From assembly GCA_965230925.1 (NCBI GenBank), contig OZ246403.1, forward strand, positions 330,455 to 394,454: DNA of 64,000 bases, written 5' to 3'. Below the pieces are notes generated by a model. The model searched no databases, was not told the DNA's origin, and was given only the letters and a program-made list of their open reading frames with translations. Made by a program: the position numbers and the translations under genes. This DNA is from an uncultured Candidatus Saccharibacteria bacterium. Lineage in GTDB: Bacteria; Patescibacteriota; Minisyncoccia; Phycocordibacterales; JACOZG01. The stretch's first letter is position 1. The number at the start of each line of letters is the position of its first letter. Positions 55,670 to 64,000 of the stretch are shown here, piece after piece.

Positions 55670-56761
55670 CTAAAAATGGGCCGGTAAGGCGAGATGACTG
55701 GTGGATAAGCCAAAAGTGGTCAGGGCAAGCCCGGCGGCTTCGAGATAAAGACCATTGGTCGCATTAACCGCCGGAGAAACGGTGAGACTTGAAGTAAGTT
55801 CGCCGTGGCGGACCGGAACCTTGAGATTGCGGGCGAAGTAGTCGGTGAGACCAGGGAGCAAGCTCCCCCCACCCACCAACACCACTTCGGCCAATTCTTG
55901 ATGAAATTGACTCCGCAAGTAACGCTCGAGTTTGCCCAGCTCATCGAGCGTGGGTCGCAAGGCCTTAGTAAGGAGAAGCGCGAGATTCTGATCTTTGTCA
56001 GAAAGCCCATTAAGGACTTTCCGATCCTCGGCCGCGGCCAGACCAAGGTCGAAAGTTTTGGCAACTTCCGCGGTCAATGCCTCACCACCTTCATTGAGAC
56101 TATAAGAATAAAAAATCCCGAGATGATTAAAGAGAGAGATGGTGGTGGTTACGGCACCAATATCAATCATCGCGGTGAGCGGCGTAACTCCGCGCGGGAA
56201 AAGCGCTTGGAAGGTAGCGAGAGTCTCCAGTTCAAAATGTTTTACCGCAATCCCTGCTTCCTTCATCGCTTCGCGCCACTCGGTAACCACCTCGCGCGTG
56301 GCTGCCGCGGCCGCCACTTGATACATCTCGGGCGACTCGGACTGAATAACAGAATTCCAAACGAGTTCCTCGAGCGGGAAGGGAAATGTTTTTTGCACCT
56401 CGGCGCGGATCTCGGCCGGAAGATCTTGATGTTCCCCTTTCTTCGGAATAGAGAAGGTGTGGAGATACGTCTGACTCTCTGGGAGCGCCACGTGTACACC
56501 ACGCTCGAGAGTGATCGGCGCAGGCTTGGCTTCCGCCGCAAGCTTCTTAATAATCGCCGCGAGTTTATAAGGGTCCTGGATCCGGCCGCGCGCCACAATA
56601 CCCTTCTCTAGAGGCGCGCGGCCGCAAGCCGTAACCGTGAGCGACTTACCGCGCTTGCGCACCTCCACTAGCTCGACACTGCGGTCGGAGATATCAAGGC
56701 CCAAGGACTTGGTACCAAAAATACTTAAAATCTTTGAGAAATTAATGTTAAGTTTTTGCAT
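55670..56761 (-). CDS. pilM: type IV pilus assembly protein PilM
   Basis: Actin-like ATPase fold; LGLDISDRSVELVEV N-terminus. Confidence 0.75.
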   Translation of the reverse strand: MQKLNINFSKILSIFGTKSLGLDISDRSVELVEVRKRGKSLTVTACGRAPLEKGIVARGRIQDPYKLAAIIKKLAAEAKPAPITLERGVHVALPESQTYLHTFSIPKKGEHQDLPAEIRAEVQKTFPFPLEELVWNSVIQSESPEMYQVAAAAATREVVTEWREAMKEAGIAVKHFELETLATFQALFPRGVTPLTAMIDIGAVTTTISLFNHLGIFYSYSLNEGGEALTAEVAKTFDLGLAAAEDRKVLNGLSDKDQNLALLLTKALRPTLDELGKLERYLRSQFHQELAEVVLVGGGSLLPGLTDYFARNLKVPVRHGELTSSLTVSPAVNATNGLYLEAAGLALTTFGLSTSHLALPAHF

Positions 56762-57145
56762 TTAATTACTGAGTTCTTCCCAAATGATTGGCTGGTTGAT
56801 CACATTACCGGTTAAGGTTACGCTGGCGCGAAGCACCTTGCTCACATTCCCCACCGTAGAAGTGGCCGTAATCACCTTAGGACTAACGCCCGACACCGTG
56901 ATTATACAAGATGCGTCACCAAAATTCAGGTTCTGACCCACAACGGTGTAACTCGGAGTAATTCTCAAACGCCGCAAAGTCTCGTCGAGACAACCATCGG
57001 CCGCAACTAATGCTTGACCAGCTTTAGCATCTAAAGTACTCATCTCGAGTTCGGAGAGGCCAAGTGAGGACGAAGCAAGCGCGAGCAACAAGGCCCCACC
57101 ACCGAGGACCAATACCGCCATTAATGCCATAAAGCCTTTGTTCAT
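56762..57145 (-). CDS. pilus-associated small protein (minor pilin-like, no Glu5)
   Basis: MNKGFMALMAVLVLGG hydrophobic N-terminus; operon position between the pseudopilin and pilM. Confidence 0.35.
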   Translation of the reverse strand: MNKGFMALMAVLVLGGGALLLALASSSLGLSELEMSTLDAKAGQALVAADGCLDETLRRLRITPSYTVVGQNLNFGDASCIITVSGVSPKVITATSTVGNVSKVLRASVTLTGNVINQPIIWEELSN

Positions 57146-57672
57146 TTTCTGCGGCTCACTGCCGTGCGCACACTAGTAGTATAAGCGAGTTCTGGGGAAC
57201 TTAGTCCGCCAGCTGGCGGACGGGTACTAAGCGTAAACCTAATCCCAATATTCGACCGCTCGCCGGAGGGAGCGAAATTATTAAAAACTAAATTAGTCAC
57301 TTGCAAATTACTGCTCGTAAGCTGGGTCACCGTGCTCGGCGCTTCGGTGACTTGGAGGTTGCCGCTGCCGTCGAGATTAAAAGTGAGATCAACCGCCGGA
57401 CTCGGCATATCGAGAACCAAAGTTGCACCACTCGCCCCAGAAACCGGCGTTGTTACCGCATTCGCCTCGCGCACTTTAGCTGCTATAAAGTTGAGGACAA
57501 AGCGCGCTTCATTATTCACTTGAGTAACAATCACCGACTTCTCACTACCGCCACTAGTGTTGAGGGCGAAATATACAAAGCTCGTCACAATCCCCGCCGT
57601 AATCGCGAGGTAAATCAAGAGTTCAATCAGGGTAAATCCGGAGCTTTTAGCTTTTAGCTTGGTTAGCTTCAT
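57142..57672 (-). CDS. prepilin-type N-terminal cleavage/methylation domain protein (pseudopilin)
   Basis: SSG|FTLIELLIYLAITAG. Confidence 0.8.
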   Translation of the reverse strand: MKLTKLKAKSSGFTLIELLIYLAITAGIVTSFVYFALNTSGGSEKSVIVTQVNNEARFVLNFIAAKVREANAVTTPVSGASGATLVLDMPSPAVDLTFNLDGSGNLQVTEAPSTVTQLTSSNLQVTNLVFNNFAPSGERSNIGIRFTLSTRPPAGGLSSPELAYTTSVRTAVSRRK

Positions 57673-59378
57673 TATTTGTAGTTAATTCTCACTTCTTGCA
57701 ACACGGGCGTTGTGTTACCAGGACCAGTAAGCGACGTCTCATATTGAACCCACCTTCGCCCGTTGAGTAATGTCGGCAACATTGCCACGACTGGATCAGT
57801 AAACCACCCAGACCAAATCCATGGCCCACCAGAATTAGCACTGGTGCCCACGCGCACCTGGATATCGCAACTCCCACAACCAGTTTCATCCCAATCTAAT
57901 ACCTGCACCGGGGAATTATCGCTCATATCGAAGGCGGGAGAAATGAGCGAACCACTGGTTTGGAAGCCACCACCAGCATAGCGGAAAATATTACCCGAAG
58001 CCCCGGGGGCAAAACACGGATTCGAACCCACACAATATAAACCATTGAGAGCCACGTCGGGCAAACTAGAAATAGACAAACGTGGCAGTGACGTTCCATT
58101 CCAAGACAAAATTACTTCCCCACTCTGGGTATTGGCCACCGCCCAACCCGTGGTTCCAGAAGTGAGATATAGCCCGTTAATGTTGGATGCTGTCCCGGTA
58201 GTCACGGCTGTGTTCCAATTACCGCTCACCAATCGTCGAGCAAGCCCACCATTGCCAACCACCACACCATCGGTATCACTAAGCATAAAAATATCATTCC
58301 AAGTTTGAGAACCGGTATCTTGAAAAAGGGTCCAACTACTACCACTTGACCATCGAGTAATCACTCCCGACCCGCCAGCGGCCCAGCAATTAGCCGCGGC
58401 AAAACAAAAAACAGTGTTTAGGGCTTGAGTAGTGCCAGATGTCATTGAGGTGTTCCAATTACCGCCAGCAAATCTCCTAACCTGACCACCGCTACCAACC
58501 ACCACAGCATCTCCGAGAGAAAAAACTCGAATATCATTCCAAGTTTGAGATCCGGTGTCTTGAAAGAGAGACCAACTTGTTCCGTTCGTTGTGCGCACAA
58601 TCACCCCCGAGGCCCCCGCTGCAAAACAGTGCGTTGCTGATGAGCAATGAATAGTATTTAAATTTTGTGCTGTGCCAGAGGAAATAACGTTCCATACATT
58701 TGGATTGGGATTATTCCACCGCCTAATACTACCGCCCGAACCGACCACAAAGCCGTCAGTAGCACTAAACATATACACATCGTTCCAAGTCTGAGAACCG
58801 GTGTTTGTGGTAGTGGCCCACGCCGCCGCACCACCCGCGAGGGTCAATTGACCAGCAACACTCACATCAACATTCGTTCCGGTAAGTCCCGTCCAGTCGG
58901 TGTGGGACCATTCGAGTGAATCCCAATTGGTGAGATAAGCTTCGCGCTTCACTTCTTGAGTGACGCCGGAAGCGGATTGCCAAGTTACCGTGGTGCTCGC
59001 GAGTTTAGAGTGGAGATCGGTGGAACTGCTCGGGCACGGCGCAACGTTTTGCGATCCATCGCGACACACATTGGCAAAAGTGAGGGTGCGCGTAAATTTG
59101 CCAATTATTTCACTCGCGCCATTATTTAAAGTCCATTGACCAGTCGTACTCGTGGCTACCGCCGGACTCACAATAAATTCATTCCAAGCCCCATCGCGCA
59201 CTGAGCGCGCGGCTTCGATCGCCTCATCGGCGAGGGCCGAAGCTTCAAGATAATCGCCGCCATAACCAAGACCTTGATAGCCACCGATCGTCATAGAGGC
59301 CAAAGCACTCGCAATGAGCGCAAAGATCGCGAGGGCGAGAATGGCTTCGAGAAGACTTTGACCTCGATTAGTTTTCAT
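57672..59378 (-). CDS. large pilin-like protein with a triplicated beta-propeller-like repeat (candidate tip adhesin/minor pilin)
   Basis: Start at MKTNRG|QSLLEAILALAIFALIA (prepilin motif with Glu5). Three ~60-aa repeats: GSQTWNDI..S..D.VVVGSGG..RR...GNWNT...GT.Q.LN. Confidence 0.6.
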   Translation of the reverse strand: MKTNRGQSLLEAILALAIFALIASALASMTIGGYQGLGYGGDYLEASALADEAIEAARSVRDGAWNEFIVSPAVATSTTGQWTLNNGASEIIGKFTRTLTFANVCRDGSQNVAPCPSSSTDLHSKLASTTVTWQSASGVTQEVKREAYLTNWDSLEWSHTDWTGLTGTNVDVSVAGQLTLAGGAAAWATTTNTGSQTWNDVYMFSATDGFVVGSGGSIRRWNNPNPNVWNVISSGTAQNLNTIHCSSATHCFAAGASGVIVRTTNGTSWSLFQDTGSQTWNDIRVFSLGDAVVVGSGGQVRRFAGGNWNTSMTSGTTQALNTVFCFAAANCWAAGGSGVITRWSSGSSWTLFQDTGSQTWNDIFMLSDTDGVVVGNGGLARRLVSGNWNTAVTTGTASNINGLYLTSGTTGWAVANTQSGEVILSWNGTSLPRLSISSLPDVALNGLYCVGSNPCFAPGASGNIFRYAGGGFQTSGSLISPAFDMSDNSPVQVLDWDETGCGSCDIQVRVGTSANSGGPWIWSGWFTDPVVAMLPTLLNGRRWVQYETSLTGPGNTTPVLQEVRINYK

Positions 59379-59823
59379 AAATGCCGCCAAATTTATTAAT
59401 CGTAATTTGCCGCGAGCCTTGCGCGGGTTGCGTGATGGTAATCGTGGTGGCCGTGACGGGTAGTGCTTGACCAGCAGGGAAATTAAAATCGCTCGCACCG
59501 CTTACTGCAAGCGTGTAGCCAGCCGGAAGTGTGGTTACAAAATCATAACTAGTATCGCGCACGGCATAGCTCGCCCCTTGATAGAGCGTGTAACGCGGGG
59601 GCGCCGCCGATGGCTCGAAGTTCACACCATGCGCGGCGGCATTTACCCGCGCGAAGGATCGTGTGCGAGCGTAGCGCAAGGTGGTAAGTAAATTATTACT
59701 CTCCTGCTCCAAGCTCGACGAAGTATAAAAATTCCCCGCCACCGGCAATACCACCGCGCCCAGCGCGAGAAAAATCGCGACGGTAATCAACAATTCGATC
59801 AAAGAAAAACCTCGTGATCTCAC
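59368..59823 (-). CDS. prepilin-type pseudopilin
   Basis: (V)RSRG|FSLIELLITVAIFLALG, with a GTG start. Confidence 0.8.
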   Translation of the reverse strand: MRSRGFSLIELLITVAIFLALGAVVLPVAGNFYTSSSLEQESNNLLTTLRYARTRSFARVNAAAHGVNFEPSAAPPRYTLYQGASYAVRDTSYDFVTTLPAGYTLAVSGASDFNFPAGQALPVTATTITITQPAQGSRQITINKFGGIYEN

Positions 59824-59845
59824 GAGGGAAATTATAGCAAATCTC
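59808..59845 (-). promoter_or_regulatory. extended -10 promoter (TGcTATAAT) and a start-codon-spanning hairpin (CCTCGTGAgaTCACGAGG)
   Basis: Minus strand reads tttgcTATAATttccctcGTGagatcacgagg. The palindrome includes the GTG start of the prepilin gene. Confidence 0.35.
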
Positions 59846-59864
59846 GTTTCAATTGATTTTTAGA

Positions 59865-59898
59865 CAAAAGAAAACCCCGTCGCCTTGCGGTCGGGGGG
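59865..59898 (-). terminator. rho-independent terminator
   Basis: CCCCG...CGGGG stem followed by TTTTCTTTTG on the minus strand, immediately upstream of the promoter. Confidence 0.45.
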
Positions 59899-60461
59899 TT
59901 GTTGGATCAACATCCTAACGTTTCCAGTATTCGCAATATGTGATCCCTGTTCTTGCGAATCCCAAGAGATTGGCTTAACAAATTTGTTTCATCGATCAGA
60001 TCGTTCCGGTAACAATCTCTTGTAACTAACCGGACAAACCTGAAAGACCAAGGATGATTGGACTAGTGAATCCTACCTAATTAACTTTTGGTGCTGTTGC
60101 GAAGAATCAACCAAACTTCGCAAGAGGCATGAGGTTCGCAAACGCATCCCTCGTTACCATTCTTGCAGATATTACCTCATCACAATTCCCTGCAAGAAAT
60201 TTCGGCAACGATTCGCCAGAGACTTCAGAAAACTAAACGAAATTGAAGAACTAATTCGGAGCTTTAGTCTTTTGGATCATTTACTGGATGATGACCGCCA
60301 GACCTCACTCCTTTTCAACATGGACCCGGGCCCCATTGCCCTGCTTTGCTTTGCCCACTTGAATTGCCACTAGTATACATGAATCATTATTCTTGTCAAG
60401 TGTTTTAAACTAACCTAAAGCGAAAATCAATATAAATGGCCCTGTTGAGCCATATTTTGAC

Positions 60462-61538
60462 CTAGCGTTTGATATTCCCCGTCAGTTCGTAGATGGGCGT
60501 AATAATAGAAAGGGCGAAGACGGCGACGATGAGGCCAATGAAGAGGAGGAGGGCTGGTTCGAGGGTGGTGGAGACGTTTTTGGCGGTTTTATCAACTTCC
60601 GCTTCGTAGAATTCGGCGATATAAGCTAGAGTTTCTTCAAATTTTCCTGATTCCTCACCCACGCGCACGAGATCCGTGGAGAGTGATGGAAAGAGCTTCG
60701 GATATGCGGCAAGCGACGCTGCGAGCTTAGCCCCGCGCTTCACATTCTCCCCCACTTCTACTAATGCATTTTTAAAATAAAAATTACCGGCAGTATCACT
60801 TGCAATCTTGAGCGCCTCGTCCACCGGCACACCGCTCTTGAGAAGCATGGCGAGAGTGCCGGCGAAGCGCGAGACATTGCTCTCGCGCACGAGAGACTTA
60901 GCGAGCGGAATGGCGAGCAGAATTTTATGGGTAATTGGCTGAAGTGCGCGCAATCGCCAGGCGAAAACAAGGAGAAAAATAATAGTGAGAATCAGCGGGA
61001 AAGCAATCACCCCCCAAGCATCGGCGAAGTGGGCGAAAGAAATTAAAGCGCGCGTGGTAGCCGGCAACTCGATATTTAAACCTTCAAAGAGTCGCGTAAT
61101 TTTAGGCAAGACGGTAAAAGCGAGAACTGTTCCGAGCACAAGCGTTGCAACCAAAACAATAGTTGGGTAAATAAGCGCGCCTTTGACCTTGCTCACAATT
61201 GCCCGCTCTTTCTCTAGTGCCACCGCCACGTTCTTCAGATTGTCCGCTAGTGTGCCCGACGATTCACCAGCGTACACGGAACTCGAGAAAAGACCGCCAA
61301 AAATCTTGGGGTAATCACCAAGTGCGGCGGCGAGCGGCCGGCCACTTTCTACGGCCTCTCGCACCTCGCCGAGCACTTGCTTAAGTTTACCTCGCGAAGA
61401 ATTCTGCGCTGTCCCGAGCGCCTCGCTTAAGGTGAGGCCGGACTGCAACATCACCGCCAGCTGCCGCGCCAGCACAGCCTTTTGCTCTAAGTTTACGCCA
61501 CCAAAAGTGATTTCTTTCTTCAGAAGTTTTTCTGCCAC
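60462..61538 (-). CDS. pilC: type IV pilus assembly platform protein PilC (GspF family)
   Basis: Two GspF repeats and three TM helices. Confidence 0.85.
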   Translation of the reverse strand: MAEKLLKKEITFGGVNLEQKAVLARQLAVMLQSGLTLSEALGTAQNSSRGKLKQVLGEVREAVESGRPLAAALGDYPKIFGGLFSSSVYAGESSGTLADNLKNVAVALEKERAIVSKVKGALIYPTIVLVATLVLGTVLAFTVLPKITRLFEGLNIELPATTRALISFAHFADAWGVIAFPLILTIIFLLVFAWRLRALQPITHKILLAIPLAKSLVRESNVSRFAGTLAMLLKSGVPVDEALKIASDTAGNFYFKNALVEVGENVKRGAKLAASLAAYPKLFPSLSTDLVRVGEESGKFEETLAYIAEFYEAEVDKTAKNVSTTLEPALLLFIGLIVAVFALSIITPIYELTGNIKR

Positions 61539-61545
61539 ACAATTA

Positions 61546-63234
61546 TTATACCTTAATCACTCTCAAAATTTCAGGCAGGGTGGTGATACCGGCGAGAACT
61601 TTCTCGACACCATCTTCGAGCATAGTGGTCATACCCCCGGTTTTGGCCGCCCCAAGGATCTCGGCCGACGGTGCGCGAGCCACAATGAGCTTCTTCACCG
61701 GCTCCGTCATAAGAAGAACTTCGAAGATACCGACGCGACCCAAGAAGCCCGTGCCACCACAAATTTTGCAGCCGGCACCGCGGAAAATGGTTAGCTTCTT
61801 CAATTCCTTGTGGCCCTTATCCCGCAAAATGTTTTGAACATTCGGCTCATGTTCGATCATCGCAATTTCATCCGGCGCGGCGGAGTAAGAGAAGCGGCAC
61901 TTCTCGCAAATACGTCGCACGAGCCTTTGCGCAACGACCACATTAACGGTCGAGGCAACAAGAAATGGTTCCACGCCCATATCGAGCAAGCGCGGCAAAG
62001 TGGTGGGCGCATCATTGGCGTGGAGCGTAGAGAGAACTAGGTGCCCCGTGAGCGCCGAGTTCACGGCAATGTCAGCCGTTTCTTCATCACGAATCTCGCC
62101 AACCATAATAATGTCGGGATCTTGGCGCACAATGGAGCGAAGACCGGTGGCGAAGGTCAAACCAGTTTTGGTATTAACCTGAATTTGGCTCACGCCTTCA
62201 ATCGTATATTCCACCGGATCCTCGATAGTTGAGATGTGCACGTCGCGCTTATTCAAGAGCTTGAGCATGCCGTAAACGGTTGTCGTCTTGCCTGAACCTG
62301 TGGGTCCCGTCACTAAGATCATGCCATGCGGATTCTCGATGGCACGCTTAACCTTGGCGAGATCTGCCTCAAGCAAACCAATATCGGTGAGACTAAAGCG
62401 CCGCGATTCTTCCGAGAGCAAGCGCATCACCACATTTTCCCCTTCCGTCACGGGCACAATCGAGACACGCACGTCGACCGGCCGATCTTGATAATTAAAT
62501 TGGAGTTTACCGTCTTGCGCCGCGCGGTGTTCATCGGTGCGGAGCTTGGCGAGAATCTTGATCCGCGTGAGCAAGAGATCGGTGAGGGGCTTGGGCAAAT
62601 CGAGAATATCGTGCATCACGCCGTCAATGCGGAAGCGCACCAAAAGTTTCTCCCGATACGGCTCGAGGTGAATATCCGAGGCTTTATTCTCCTCGCCATA
62701 AGCCAGCACACTATCAACCAATTTTACTGATGCCTCATTGCGTTTCTCTTTGTCTATTTCTTTGTCAATTAATTCCTTCGCCAATTTCTCCACTTCCTCC
62801 TTCAATGTCCCACGATAATAATTCATCGCCTGGGCCGCAAGACGCGGGGTGGTGTAGAAAACGTGAACGGCTTTCCCTGTTTTCTTCTCAAGCAGTCTCG
62901 CCAATTCTAAATTTTCTGGATCCGTGAGGGCGAGTTTGAGACTATCTTTATCTTCCGCAAACACAATCGCCTCTTGCGCCCGCGCCACAATTTCGGGTAA
63001 ACGCCGAATCGCTGTTTCATCAATCTTCTCTTGTTTGAGATCAAAGAACTTCACATTAAGCGCCTCGGCCACCAAGTGCCCCAAATTTTCATCAGTAATA
63101 AAATCACGACCCACGAGTACGTCCGCGAGCGGCTTCTTCTCCCCCTCACTCTCGGCCACGGCTGCAACAAAGTCCGCCTCCGACACATGACCCGGCGGCA
63201 CGAGTAACCCTTTGAGTTGTTCGGTACTAAGCAT
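61546..63234 (-). CDS. pilB: type IV pilus assembly ATPase PilB (GspE family)
   Basis: N1 GSPII domain, Walker A GPTGSGKTTT, Asp/His boxes and the tetracysteine CEKCR...CKICGGTG. Confidence 0.9.
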   Translation of the reverse strand: MLSTEQLKGLLVPPGHVSEADFVAAVAESEGEKKPLADVLVGRDFITDENLGHLVAEALNVKFFDLKQEKIDETAIRRLPEIVARAQEAIVFAEDKDSLKLALTDPENLELARLLEKKTGKAVHVFYTTPRLAAQAMNYYRGTLKEEVEKLAKELIDKEIDKEKRNEASVKLVDSVLAYGEENKASDIHLEPYREKLLVRFRIDGVMHDILDLPKPLTDLLLTRIKILAKLRTDEHRAAQDGKLQFNYQDRPVDVRVSIVPVTEGENVVMRLLSEESRRFSLTDIGLLEADLAKVKRAIENPHGMILVTGPTGSGKTTTVYGMLKLLNKRDVHISTIEDPVEYTIEGVSQIQVNTKTGLTFATGLRSIVRQDPDIIMVGEIRDEETADIAVNSALTGHLVLSTLHANDAPTTLPRLLDMGVEPFLVASTVNVVVAQRLVRRICEKCRFSYSAAPDEIAMIEHEPNVQNILRDKGHKELKKLTIFRGAGCKICGGTGFLGRVGIFEVLLMTEPVKKLIVARAPSAEILGAAKTGGMTTMLEDGVEKVLAGITTLPEILRVIKV

Positions 63235-63595
63235 TTACGTGCAAAAATTCTTTGACCCGCGCGGCAATCACCTTAAGTTCCGTCTCCGATTTAATCCAAT
63301 AATCCCGCGCGCCGAGCGACTTCGCCTTTTCCATATCGCTCTCTTGACCAAGATTGGAGAGAACAACGGTAGGCACGGAACCCTTGAGTTCCTCGAGCAC
63401 TTCAAAGCCGTTTTTCTGCGGCATGATGAGGTCAAGGAGGAGAAGATCGGGTGCTTCCGCTCGCGCCACGGCAATAGCATCAACGCCATTCGTCACTTTA
63501 ATCACGGTAAAACCCTCGCGCTCGAGCTTGTCGGCGAGGGCTGTAGAAAGAAACTTCTCATCCTCGGCAATGAGGATCTTTTTCCCATTAGGCAT
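63227..63595 (-). CDS. stand-alone response-regulator receiver (CheY-like), PilH-like by context
   Basis: KILIAEDEKFL...DLLLLDLIMPQKNGFEVL...K. Start is assigned at MPNGKK. The stop overlaps the pilB start. Confidence 0.75.
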   Translation of the reverse strand: MPNGKKILIAEDEKFLSTALADKLEREGFTVIKVTNGVDAIAVARAEAPDLLLLDLIMPQKNGFEVLEELKGSVPTVVLSNLGQESDMEKAKSLGARDYWIKSETELKVIAARVKEFLHVNA

Positions 63596-63602
63596 TCGCC
63601 TA

Positions 63603-64000
63603 TTATGGCAGAACTTGGAAAGGGAGGGAATTGGTGACGGTGCCGTAAACGTAAACATTCACATCATACGTTCCTGGTGGCGTGGGCACCTGGCAATCAC
63701 AGGCACTATTATTAATAAGCGTCGGGATTGTAAAGAGAAGGGAGGTTCCCTCAGGATCAGCAAAAACAACCTTGCTGGCATAATAAGTTCCTTGAGATAA
63801 AGAGATGGAATTGTAGCTCCCTGGATTAAAGTACTGCCCAGTAATTTCTACCGTGGTACCAGGAGTGGCACTTGAGGGTGAGATCTGATTAATCACCGGG
63901 GTCGGCAAAGCCCAGACTGAACGAACTTGCTCATTTACGGCTCCAGTTTGATCATGGGTAACGCGAGCAGCAAGTTCATACGGACCAGGAATTATGCTGG
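63603..64000 (-). CDS. IPT/TIG-like Ig-fold surface protein, 3' part (5' end beyond the window)
   Basis: The reading frame stays open to the window edge: ...ELAARVTHDQTGAVNEQVRSVWALPTPVINQISPSSATPGTTVEITGQYFNPGSY. Confidence 0.4.
   Translation of the reverse strand, partial: SIIPGPYELAARVTHDQTGAVNEQVRSVWALPTPVINQISPSSATPGTTVEITGQYFNPGSYNSISLSQGTYYASKVVFADPEGTSLLFTIPTLINNSACDCQVPTPPGTYDVNVYVYGTVTNSLPFQVLP

Overview
This 64-kb window looks like part of a compact, gene-dense genome of a Patescibacteria/CPR-type (Parcubacteria-like) bacterium. The evidence is very short intergenic spacers, frequent start/stop overlaps, near-total coding on the minus strand, small versions of housekeeping enzymes, many novel secreted/surface proteins, a type IV pilus cluster, and apparent absence of rplA from the rplK-rplJ neighbourhood. 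No rRNA, tRNA, CRISPR array, transposase or integrase was recognised.

Recognisable housekeeping genes by coordinate:
- Ribosomal and transcription-coupling genes: rplJ and a 5' fragment of rplL (1-657), rpsF-ssb-rpsR (11255-12422), and secE-nusG-rplK (37091-38264). SecE is below the 60-aa ORF-track threshold.
- Aminoacyl-tRNA synthetases: metG, glyQS, ileS and argS.
- Recombination and repair: recA, recO, ftsK, family-4 UDG, tatD and two NUDIX proteins.
- A deoxypyrimidine island at 30744-36342: tmk, glyA, a MazG-like/Zn-ribbon protein, a divergent tandem Thy1 (ThyX-like) protein, dut and long-form dcd.
- A type IV pilus cluster at 55148-63595: REC-pilB-pilC, then prepilin, a large pilin-like protein, pseudopilins, pilM and pilin.

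Three loci stand out as candidates for undescribed biology:
1. A nine-gene minus-strand operon at 38357-45508. It has five paralogous secreted proteins with a TasA-like SipW-cognate N-terminus (cleavage-site motif 'FAAFEAHV'), one of which carries a vWA domain. It also encodes an ER/archaeal-type (SipW-like) signal peptidase I, a small membrane accessory protein and a DUF3105 protein. Taken together these point to a TasA/camelysin-like fibre-and-adhesin system.
2. An isoleucyl-tRNA synthetase with a ~195-aa histidine-phosphatase (PGM-like) domain inserted in its catalytic core.
3. A ThyX-like protein whose first Thy1 repeat has lost the RHR dUMP-binding motif, encoded divergently from a MazG-like/Zn-ribbon fusion.

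Other noted features are several rho-independent terminators, promoters with leaderless-type architecture, a perfect 281-bp intragenic duplication, and a few structured non-coding regions.
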